63,444 bases of DNA from an uncultured Syntrophaceae bacterium (GTDB lineage: Bacteria > Desulfobacterota > Syntrophia > Syntrophales > UBA5619): NCBI GenBank assembly GCA_964433455.1, contig CAYSSF010000002.1, positions 7,950 to 71,393 of the forward strand, in the 5' to 3' direction. Shown one piece after another: positions 54,676-62,157 of the stretch. The notes under the pieces are model-generated. The model was not told where the DNA came from. It made no database searches and saw nothing but the letters and a program-made list of their open reading frames with translations. A program made the position numbers and the translations under genes. The first letter of the stretch is position 1. Each line of letters begins with the position of its first letter.

Positions 54676-56343
54676 ATGAAGGTTTGCATCATCGGCGGGG
54701 GGGCCGGCGGCGCCACGGCCGCAGCCCGGTTGCGGCGGCTGGATGAAAAAGCGCGGATTATCATGTTTGAGAGGGGCGACTATATCTCCTTTGCGAATTG
54801 CGGCCTCCCCTACCATCTTTCCGGAAAAATCCGGGAACGCAGCAGTTTGCTTCTCCAAACGCCCGAACGCCTCTGGACCAATTTTCGGATCGAGGTCCGG
54901 GTGCGAAACGCGGTTATGGCCATCGATCCCCACCGGAAACTGGTCCAGGTCAGGAATCTCAGGACGGGCGAAGAGTACACCGAATCGTACGACGATCTCA
55001 TCCTCTCTCCGGGGGCCTACCCTCTGATTCCACGGATTGAAGGAAGCGACGCCGCGATGTTCATGAGCCTCTACGACATCCCCGGCATGGACGCCGTGAT
55101 CGCCCGGATCAACGATCGGCGGGTGCAAAAGGCGGTCGTCATCGGCGGGGGATTCATCGGCGTGGAGATCGCGGAGAACCTGGTCGGCCGGGGGATCAAG
55201 ACCCAGCTTGTCGAGATGCTGGATCAGGTCATGGCGCCTTTTGATCCGGAGATGGCCGGCATCATCCAGGCCCGGCTTCTCTCCGGAGGGGTGACGCTCC
55301 ATCTGTCCGATAGCGTGAAACGGATCGTGGGCGATGGGCAGGGCAGGGTCGTCCTGGCATCGGGGATTGAACTGCCCGCCGAACTGGTGGTAAGCGCCGT
55401 AGGGGTGCGGCCCGAGATCGAACTGGCCCGCGAGGCAGGCCTGAAGATCGGCGCCACCGGCGGAATTGCCGTCGATGCCGGCATGAGGACCAGCGATCCT
55501 TCCATTTTTGCGGTCGGCGATGCCGTGGAGACGACCCATCTGGTGGGGGGAATGCCGGTGCTCATGCCGCTGGCCGGTCCCGCCAACAAACAGGCCCGCA
55601 TCGCCGCGGACAACATCTGCGGCCTCGATTCCCGCTACCCGGGATCGCTGGGCACGGCCATCGTCAAGGTCTTCGATCTGCAGGCGGCCGCAACAGGAGT
55701 GAATGAAAAAACGGCCCGAAGGAACAACCTCGACTACCGGGCCGTTCATCTCCATCCCCTCAGCCACGCCGGCTACTATCCCGGCGCCGTGACGCTGTCC
55801 CTGAAACTCCTGTTTGCGGCGCCGGGGGGCAGGATTCTCGGCGCCCAGTGCATCGGAACGGACGGCGCGGATAAGCGAATCGACATCATCGCGACCGCCA
55901 TCCGCGCGGGGATGACGGTCTACGACCTGCAACAGTTGGAACTCTGCTACGCGCCCCCTTTCGGCTCCGCCAAGGACCCGGTCAACATGGCCGGTTTTGT
56001 GGGCAGCAATATCCTCAAGGGGCTCGTGGATTCGGTGACCTATGACCGGACTGCGGCAATCGGGAACGCGCTCTTTGTCGACGTGCGGACCCGGAAGGAA
56101 TTCGAGGCCGGCAGCATCCCGAAGTCGATCAACATCCCGAGGGAAGAGCTGCGGGAACGGATCGGCGAAATCCCGAAGGATCGGAATCTCGTCGTGGTCT
56201 GCCGATCCGGCGTCCGCTCCTACGCGGCCATCCGGGTCCTGAAGCAGTCGGGATTCGAGCAGTTGGCGAACCTCTCGGGGGGATACATCAGCTACTGCCA
56301 CTACACCGGAAAGAGCGTTCCGCCCGCGCCAACTGCCGGTTAA
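54676..56343 (+). CDS. CoA-disulfide reductase family oxidoreductase with C-terminal rhodanese domain (CoADR-RHD type)
   Basis: IIGGGAGGATAA, redox Cys SFANCGLPYH, VVIGGGFIGVE and GDAV. C-terminal rhodanese VDVRTRKEFEAGSIP...VVVCRSGVRS. GAAGGAG RBS. Confidence 0.88.
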   Translation: MKVCIIGGGAGGATAAARLRRLDEKARIIMFERGDYISFANCGLPYHLSGKIRERSSLLLQTPERLWTNFRIEVRVRNAVMAIDPHRKLVQVRNLRTGEEYTESYDDLILSPGAYPLIPRIEGSDAAMFMSLYDIPGMDAVIARINDRRVQKAVVIGGGFIGVEIAENLVGRGIKTQLVEMLDQVMAPFDPEMAGIIQARLLSGGVTLHLSDSVKRIVGDGQGRVVLASGIELPAELVVSAVGVRPEIELAREAGLKIGATGGIAVDAGMRTSDPSIFAVGDAVETTHLVGGMPVLMPLAGPANKQARIAADNICGLDSRYPGSLGTAIVKVFDLQAAATGVNEKTARRNNLDYRAVHLHPLSHAGYYPGAVTLSLKLLFAAPGGRILGAQCIGTDGADKRIDIIATAIRAGMTVYDLQQLELCYAPPFGSAKDPVNMAGFVGSNILKGLVDSVTYDRTAAIGNALFVDVRTRKEFEAGSIPKSINIPREELRERIGEIPKDRNLVVVCRSGVRSYAAIRVLKQSGFEQLANLSGGYISYCHYTGKSVPPAPTAG

Positions 56344-56412
56344 CAAGCCCTGCGGCGGGGATCCGCAAAACCGGGCCGGCGCCTTAAACCGGAACGAAAC
56401 CGACGGACGGGC

Positions 56413-56444
56413 GCGGCCCCCGACAGCGCCGGGGGCCGCCTTTT
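56413..56444 (+). terminator. rho-independent-type terminator after the CoADR-RHD gene
   Basis: GCGGCCCCCG(56413-56422), loop acagcgc, CGGGGGCCGC(56430-56439), followed by CTTTT. Confidence 0.65.
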
Positions 56445-56896
56445 CACGCCTTCTTGCGGTACCGTTCGCTTTCGGGCATCGCTGCGATCAGTTGGTCCCC
56501 GTCGAGCAGCAGCTTCGTAACGATCGCCGCCCCCTTTTTATAGACGCTGGAGCAGTTCTGGGCCTCACCGCTTTGGTAATAGGCAAAGGGCCGCAGGACG
56601 CGGCAATCGAAACTGCCAATTTCCTTCAGGAAGCGGTCGCAGCGGCGCCACCTCCGATTCCGGGAGGATGCCGGACGGAAGTCCGGCGAATTCGCGCCTC
56701 GCCACGCTGCGGCGGACCAGCGAGAAAGTTCCCCGGTGAACGCCCGAAGCAGTGGCGGAGAAAGAAGGTCTTTTAAGCGGGCCCGCCGGTTTCGCCCTGC
56801 CCGATCTTAGGGAAGCGCCTCCGTGTCGGGCATGGCGGACAGGAAGCGCGCTGTTTGCAGGACGGTTCCGCCCCGATTGACCGGCCCCCCCCAAAG

Positions 56897-57778
56897 TTAC
56901 CCGGTTCGCCCGGGGAGGGGGATTTTCGCCTCGCAGGGGACGCCTACCTGACAGAGACCGCAGCCCGATGTCTCAAAACCGAACCGGGACTGGATCGATT
57001 TTGACGATACGTCGTGGACGTAGACCGCACATTTTTCCTTGTCATGCCCCTCCCGCGTGATCGCATCCGCCGGGCAGCGCTCGATGCATTTGCCGCAGCT
57101 TCCGTCGAAGTGGAAGAGGCAGTAGGCGTGGTGATCGGTGTAGGGCCTCTCCGACGGGGGGACGGCGATCCGGGCCACGACGGAGCCGCAGCGCATCGCC
57201 TTTCCCCTGGGGGTAATCAGGCCGTCGGACAGCCCGAAGGTGCCGAGGCCGGAGGCGAACGCCGCGTGCCGCTCCGACCAGGAAGAGGCGAAACCGTAGC
57301 GGGCCGATTTTTCCCATTTCCAGGCAGGCGCGTTCATCGGTGCGACGGCCTCGCAACCGGCCTCGCAAAGGGCGCCCGCCAGATGGTCGCGCAGCTTGAT
57401 GTTGAATTCTTCCCCATATTTGCGGGATCTTGCCCATCTCTCCGCGGAAACGGCCTTTTCCCGACGGTTGTCGAGCCGGGTCTGTTCCGTCTGCGGCAGG
57501 ATCCAACTGATCACGGTCAACGCGCCGGGTTCAACCCGCAGTCCGGGAAACGTCGCGGTGAAGATCTCATGCGGGGTCCAGTAGAACGGGCCGATGTCCT
57601 CCTTGAACTTCGAGTAGAGCGGGTCGTCGCCGCGGGAGAAGCCGACAAGCGGCTCCGCCCACGCCGGCTCATGGGCGCCTTCGAACCGAAGACTGTTCTC
57701 ACTGGAGGCGGTGTAACGAACGATGCAATCCCGGATCCACGCCGCCGCATCTTGCATTTTGCCTGGGTTTTCCGTCAT
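56897..57778 (-). CDS. 4Fe-4S cluster protein related to epoxyqueuosine reductase / reductive dehalogenase family
   Basis: 293 aa with an AGGAGG RBS. C-terminal Cys clusters CGKCIERCP and CGLCQVGVPC. The N-terminal part resembles the QueG/RdhA-like fold by pattern only. Confidence 0.5.
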   Translation of the reverse strand: MTENPGKMQDAAAWIRDCIVRYTASSENSLRFEGAHEPAWAEPLVGFSRGDDPLYSKFKEDIGPFYWTPHEIFTATFPGLRVEPGALTVISWILPQTEQTRLDNRREKAVSAERWARSRKYGEEFNIKLRDHLAGALCEAGCEAVAPMNAPAWKWEKSARYGFASSWSERHAAFASGLGTFGLSDGLITPRGKAMRCGSVVARIAVPPSERPYTDHHAYCLFHFDGSCGKCIERCPADAITREGHDKEKCAVYVHDVSSKSIQSRFGFETSGCGLCQVGVPCEAKIPLPGRTG

Positions 57779-57859
57779 GCTGCACCTCCTGATCGTTTGA
57801 GATTCCGTTTCTTTTAATATAAACGCCCGGTCTCGGCAAGTTTTATATCAGAACTCCAG

Positions 57860-58189
57860 CTATCCGCAGCAGGTTGCGCCCTTTTTCCCGGAAGGCGACC
57901 GTACAGAATCGGCGGGTCCGCAACAGGGCTGATCCGTCCGCCCCAACATGGCGCCGATCACGGCCGCCGCGCAGCCGACGCCGGTTTTGACGGAAATCGC
58001 TTCGAACGGGCAGTTCCGGCTGCAGGCGCCGCACTCCATGCACGCGTCCCGATCCCGGATTTCGACATGCCGGCTGTTCATTTGAAACACCGCGTGCGGA
58101 CACACCTCCAGGCACGTTCCGCAGCCGGTGCACCTGGCTTCATCGAGCTTCAGGGTAACCACATCCCTGATATAAGTCATATGATTCAT
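57860..58189 (-). CDS. hgcB: mercury methylation ferredoxin HgcB
   Basis: Two CX2CX2CX3CP motifs (CTGCGTCLEVCP, CMECGACSRNCP), an extra internal Cys, and a C-terminal ..TCCG. It lies 4-10 nt after hgcA. ATG 58189 has GGAGG 6 nt upstream; ATG 58195 is the track start. Confidence 0.85.
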   Translation of the reverse strand: MNHMTYIRDVVTLKLDEARCTGCGTCLEVCPHAVFQMNSRHVEIRDRDACMECGACSRNCPFEAISVKTGVGCAAAVIGAMLGRTDQPCCGPADSVRSPSGKKGATCCG

Positions 58190-58199
58190 CTTCATCCTC

Positions 58200-59363
58200 C
58201 TATGCCATCAGTCGTGAGGCAATCCATATAAGCAGGCCGCCGCCGCCCATTCCGATCTCCGTCGGGAGCGCCCACCGCATCTCCCTGTTCACCCCGGAAA
58301 GCGATGTATACGTGGATGCCCCGGTAAAATTCATCGCCAGATAGGCCGTTACGGCCGGGATGATCAAGAGCCACGCCAGAGAGCCCAGCCGTCCCGCCCA
58401 CATCGACAAATCGTACCCATGCAGGAAAAGCATAATCACCGCCACAGCCGCACCGAGCCAAAGGCCTTTCGTCGAGAAGGCCCGACCGGGAAGATAGGGC
58501 AGGAGGAGGGGATTGATCACGGCTCCCCCCACAATGGCGCTTAAAAACGCCAAAACGGCAAAAGAGCCTTCATGAAGGGCGTTCGCCCAGAAACCGGAAG
58601 AACCGCCGATGCCGGCAAAGAGGAACAGGACCGGCGCGATGATCAGTGTCGGTTTGATGGTTTCGACGAGTTCGATCGGGGTCAGGACGGCCCTCTCCTT
58701 GAGCGGGAAGGTCTTGAAGCGCATGGCGCTCGTGGCCTTGAAACCGGCATCGATATAGGTCGGCAGGTCCCCGGCCATGATTGGACCGTAACGGACGCCG
58801 AATCCGGAGAGTTTCTTGACCGTGTGGGCGGCCACACCCGGAGCCCCCAACTGAGGCAAGATCAGCGACCGGTGGCCGACGACCTCTTTCAGGCCGCTCG
58901 ATTCAATTCTTGCAACCAGTTCCTCCGTTCCGAAGGTCCCCTTTCCGGCGGCGCACCAGACGTTGATCCCCTTCGTATCGAGGACCAGGATCCAGAGATT
59001 CCGGCCGGGGAGCGCGCTCCGCAACCGGTCGAAGCTCATCTTGTAATTGGCGCTCACGAGGACAGGCGACTCCCGGTCCGGATTCCCCAGCGCGTATAGT
59101 CCCGGATCGATGGTGTAATCCATCCGGCCGACCCCCCAGCGGGCCTTCATGGCGCCCCAGTGGTCCCGCCAGTTCAGCTCCGCGGACACCTGCGGCACGC
59201 TTCCGGCCGGTGTCGAAACCGTCCCGGTCAAAAAAGCCTGATCCGGCCTCGGGCGAGAAGTCGGTTTTCCCGCCGGGGCCGCATCGCAACAGGGCGAATC
59301 GGAATAGATGGGTAACATGGACGATGCTTTCTTTTGCTGCGATGGATGGTTTGCCTGATTCAT
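58200..59363 (-). CDS. hgcA: mercury methylation corrinoid protein HgcA
   Basis: The diagnostic cap-helix motif GINVWCAAGKGTFG is followed by a multi-TM C-terminal domain. The start is uncertain (ATG 59363 lies after the regulator stop; alternatives are 59318 and 59420). Confidence 0.88.
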   Translation of the reverse strand: MNQANHPSQQKKASSMLPIYSDSPCCDAAPAGKPTSRPRPDQAFLTGTVSTPAGSVPQVSAELNWRDHWGAMKARWGVGRMDYTIDPGLYALGNPDRESPVLVSANYKMSFDRLRSALPGRNLWILVLDTKGINVWCAAGKGTFGTEELVARIESSGLKEVVGHRSLILPQLGAPGVAAHTVKKLSGFGVRYGPIMAGDLPTYIDAGFKATSAMRFKTFPLKERAVLTPIELVETIKPTLIIAPVLFLFAGIGGSSGFWANALHEGSFAVLAFLSAIVGGAVINPLLLPYLPGRAFSTKGLWLGAAVAVIMLFLHGYDLSMWAGRLGSLAWLLIIPAVTAYLAMNFTGASTYTSLSGVNREMRWALPTEIGMGGGGLLIWIASRLMA

Positions 59364-59388
59364 AACGTAATCGTTGATGTTAGAACGC

Positions 59389-59853
59389 TTATTCACAGCA
59401 TCTGCATTCAACCGCGGCATTTCTCATGGCCGCCGTAAACACCTTGACTGCTTCCAATACCTCTTCCTGCCGATCTTCCGGGATGTTACGGGTGATATTT
59501 CCGAAAAATCCCCCCAGGCACATCCAGACTCTCTCGTGGGTTTCCCGCCCCTCTTCCGTCAGTGTGAGTTTTATCGCCCTGGAATCGTGCTCTGCCCTGT
59601 CTCGTTTCAATAGTCCCTTTTGGATCAGCGGATTGACCAGGCGGGTCGTCGTGCTCTTCTCGACGGCGAGCAATTTGTGAAGGTCCGAGAGATCGAGGCC
59701 GTGATTTTTCACCACCGCATCGAGGATGACAAACTGGTGAAAAGTGACGCCCCCGCAAATCGCCTCATCCCGGCTGCAGCACCGGATCTCCCGTCCGAGG
59801 CTCATGATGATTCCGAAGAGCTCCCGGCATTTCTTATCGATATTCGTTGACAT
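59389..59853 (-). CDS. MarR-family transcriptional regulator with Cys-rich termini
   Basis: Winged-helix core LAVEKSTTTRLVNPLIQKGLLKRDRAEHDSRAIKLTLTEEG. Cys motifs REIRCCSRDEAIC near the N-terminus and ECRCCE at the C-terminus. ATG 59853 (MSTNIDKK) is preferred over 59880. Confidence 0.75.
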   Translation of the reverse strand: MSTNIDKKCRELFGIIMSLGREIRCCSRDEAICGGVTFHQFVILDAVVKNHGLDLSDLHKLLAVEKSTTTRLVNPLIQKGLLKRDRAEHDSRAIKLTLTEEGRETHERVWMCLGGFFGNITRNIPEDRQEEVLEAVKVFTAAMRNAAVECRCCE

Positions 59854-60164
59854 GGTTGCATAATACAACCAAATTCCCATTTGTCAACAAAAAAGTGGGA
59901 GGCAGAGACAAGATTTTTTATCTTTTATCGATAGACACGCTTTCCTGCCCGAGATGCGAGAGGCCGCAGAACGGCATCGTCAACCCCTGATGGTTCCACA
60001 TGGCGCATGCTGTTTTTGTTGACGTCCGGAAAAGCCTGCACAGCAGGATACATAAGGCGATGCCGACAAGCGGCGCCACCCGCCCGATACCGACCATGAC
60101 GCATCTCCACACCATTCGTTCATAATTCCTCCTTTCTCCGATCATCCCGTCGTTTTCCCTTGAT

Positions 60165-60488
60165 CTATTCCGCACACCCCATACAACGGGCAGCGGCCTT
60201 TGTCGTCCCCGCCGGCTGTCCGCACTCCATAGCGGCGAGGACGCTGTCGGCAACCTGGCGAGCTACAAGTTTCCGCTCTTCTTCCGGCACCTCATCGATG
60301 TCGAACAGATCCGTGTATTTCTGGTAAACCTCCAGGCGAGAATGAAGAAACATGGATAAGTTCCCTGATGATTTTATGTTCTCCTTAACCCGTGAGGAGA
60401 TCATGAGGATATCACAATTTGTGACATCCTCCATGATGATCATATCCACAATATACGCCTTTTGAAAAATGGCCCTACTTTGTTGCAT
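60165..60488 (-). CDS. hypothetical protein (lower-GC ORF, C-terminal CMGC)
   Basis: 107-aa ORF with noticeably AT-richer composition than its neighbours. No family is recognised, and both start and RBS are unclear. Confidence 0.4.
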   Translation of the reverse strand: MQQSRAIFQKAYIVDMIIMEDVTNCDILMISSRVKENIKSSGNLSMFLHSRLEVYQKYTDLFDIDEVPEEERKLVARQVADSVLAAMECGQPAGTTKAAARCMGCAE

Positions 60489-60688
60489 TCCAGGCTTAAT
60501 TCAAACCAGATCCCAATCTTTGGTGTTGACGACCTACATCCCGAATCGATGACACAAGGCAGGACGTTATTCTCGCCGCACGCCGTCAATCCGCATGTAA
60601 AACGCTGCTGCCGTACCATTGCTTCTTGTATAGGACCCGGCAGATGTGTTAGTTCTATCGGCAGATTTCCGGTATTCCAAGGAGGGTT

Positions 60689-61192
60689 ATGATGGAAGGG
60701 AAAAGGGTTGAAGAGAGCAGCGTCGTCATGTCGCAACTGATGACCCATCAGGACACGAATCTCGCCGGGAACGTCCACGGCGGCGTCATCATGAAACTCA
60801 TCGATACCGCAGCCGGGGTCGCCGCGGTCCGGCACGCAAGATCCAACGTGGTCACCGCATCGATTGATCGGCTGGACTTCCATCACCCCGTTTTTGTCGG
60901 CGATCTTTTAACCCTGCGGGCCACCCTGAATTTCATCGGGAGGACCTCGATGGAGGTGGGGGTCCGGGTAGAGACCGAAAATCCGATGACCGGCGTGAGA
61001 CGCCATACGGCATCCGCCTATCTCACCTACGTGGCGCTGGATCGGAACGGTCGACCCATGCCGCTTCCCCCGCTGATCCTGGAAACCGAGGAGCAGATGC
61101 GGCGCAACCGGGAGGCAAAGGCCCGTCGGGAGACGCGGCTGGCCGAAAAGAAAAAGGAAAAGGCGTGCCAGCTCCGGGCGGAAAGCTGCTGA
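60689..61192 (+). CDS. acyl-CoA thioesterase (hotdog fold, YciA/BFIT-like)
   Basis: MTHQDTNLAGNVHGGVIMKLIDTAAGVAA...ASIDRLDFHHPV..GD is typical. AAGGAGG RBS. Confidence 0.85.
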   Translation: MMEGKRVEESSVVMSQLMTHQDTNLAGNVHGGVIMKLIDTAAGVAAVRHARSNVVTASIDRLDFHHPVFVGDLLTLRATLNFIGRTSMEVGVRVETENPMTGVRRHTASAYLTYVALDRNGRPMPLPPLILETEEQMRRNREAKARRETRLAEKKKEKACQLRAESC

Positions 61193-61217
61193 CAACTTCT
61201 CCCAGATAAAAATTCCC

Positions 61218-61246
61218 TTGACACCCCCTTCCGCTTCCGTTATTTA
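61218..61246 (+). promoter_or_regulatory. sigma70-like promoter for the TetR-family gene
   Basis: TTGACA(61218-61223), a 17-nt spacer, TATTTA(61241-61246), 38 nt before ATG 61284. Confidence 0.45.
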
Positions 61247-61283
61247 TCCATCAAACGATTGAATCGCAGGCTGGAGCACGCCG

Positions 61284-61916
61284 ATGTCCACCCCCCTCGA
61301 AAAGGCCCGTAAGGACCCCGAATCGATGAAGGCCCGCATCCTCGACGTCGCCCGACGGATCTTCGGCGAGTACGGCTTCCACGGCACGACGACCCGGATG
61401 ATCGCCCAGGAGGTGGGGATCGACATCTCCACCCTTCACTACCACTGGGGCGGGAAGAAGGACCTCTACGAATCCGTGGTCATCGACATCAACAAGGACC
61501 TCCGGCAAAAGCTGATCGACGTGGAGCAGGTGATCCACGGCCTGCCGCTCAGAGAGCGTCTGGATATCTCGATCGACATGACAACCGACTACCTCTTCGA
61601 ACACCCCGAAGTCTCGAACCTGATCCTTTTCCGCTATTTCGGAAAGACCCGCTCCAATGGGAATCTCGACGCCATCATTCCCGAGTTCACCGCCGACATC
61701 GCACGCTCGATGGGGCTCGCCCTCGACCGGAAGAACGTCCCGCCCGGGACGATGATGAAGGTGCTCGCGGTGATGAACGCCATCCATAACTTTATTTCGG
61801 GCGAAAACTTCTTTAGCCCGATGCTGAAGGTGGACCGGGAGCGGTACATCGCCCTGGTGAAAGAGACGCTGAAGTTCATCCTGATCCCCGCCTTCACGCA
61901 GAATGAAGTCGTATAG
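61284..61916 (+). CDS. TetR/AcrR-family transcriptional regulator
   Basis: N-terminal HTH ARILDVARRIFGEYGFHGTTTRMIAQEVGIDISTLHYHWGGKKDLY. 210 aa. Confidence 0.88.
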   Translation: MSTPLEKARKDPESMKARILDVARRIFGEYGFHGTTTRMIAQEVGIDISTLHYHWGGKKDLYESVVIDINKDLRQKLIDVEQVIHGLPLRERLDISIDMTTDYLFEHPEVSNLILFRYFGKTRSNGNLDAIIPEFTADIARSMGLALDRKNVPPGTMMKVLAVMNAIHNFISGENFFSPMLKVDRERYIALVKETLKFILIPAFTQNEVV

Positions 61917-61970
61917 CACCGGCTTAAACCGCTTCCCGGACTGGTTTTGCTGCTCTCGGATCAAGTGGAA

Positions 61971-61994
61971 TTCCCCTCCCCCGGGCGGGAGGGG
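61971..61994 (+). terminator. stem-loop after the TetR-family gene
   Basis: TCCCCTCCC(61971-61979), loop ccgggc, GGGAGGGGA(61986-61994). There is no U-tract, so function is uncertain. Confidence 0.35.
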
Positions 61995-62010
61995 ATTAAG
62001 GGGGAGGGGA

Positions 62011-62097
62011 AATTATATGCCCCTGTCAAGGGGGAGTGTTGATTATATGCCCCTGTCAAGGGGAGGTATTGATTATATGCCCCCCATCAACGGGCAG
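62011..62097 (+). repeat. 30-bp tandem repeat, about 2.9 copies, each with an internal CCCCT-n4-AGGGG palindrome
   Basis: 62011-62040 ATTATATGCCCCTGTCAAGGGGGAGTGTTG. 62041-62070 ATTATATGCCCCTGTCAAGGGGAGGTATTG. 62071-62097 ATTATATGCCCCCCATCAACGGGCAGG (degenerate). Confidence 0.85.
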
Positions 62098-62157
62098 GCG
62101 AGTTGGGACTTTTTACGAGGTCGTCAAAGGCCTTAATCCATATTCAAGGAGGAAACC

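Noticed and set aside
54556-56346. 596-aa minus-strand ORF covering the whole CoADR-RHD gene
   Set aside because: Its translation is Arg/Gly/Pro-rich with no motifs, whereas the plus-strand frame has unmistakable FAD, NAD, redox-Cys and rhodanese motifs. This is a typical antisense shadow ORF in GC-rich DNA.
62011-62097. Tandem repeat considered as a CRISPR array
   Set aside because: The copies are directly adjacent with no spacers. There are only about three units, the third is degenerate, and no cas genes are nearby.
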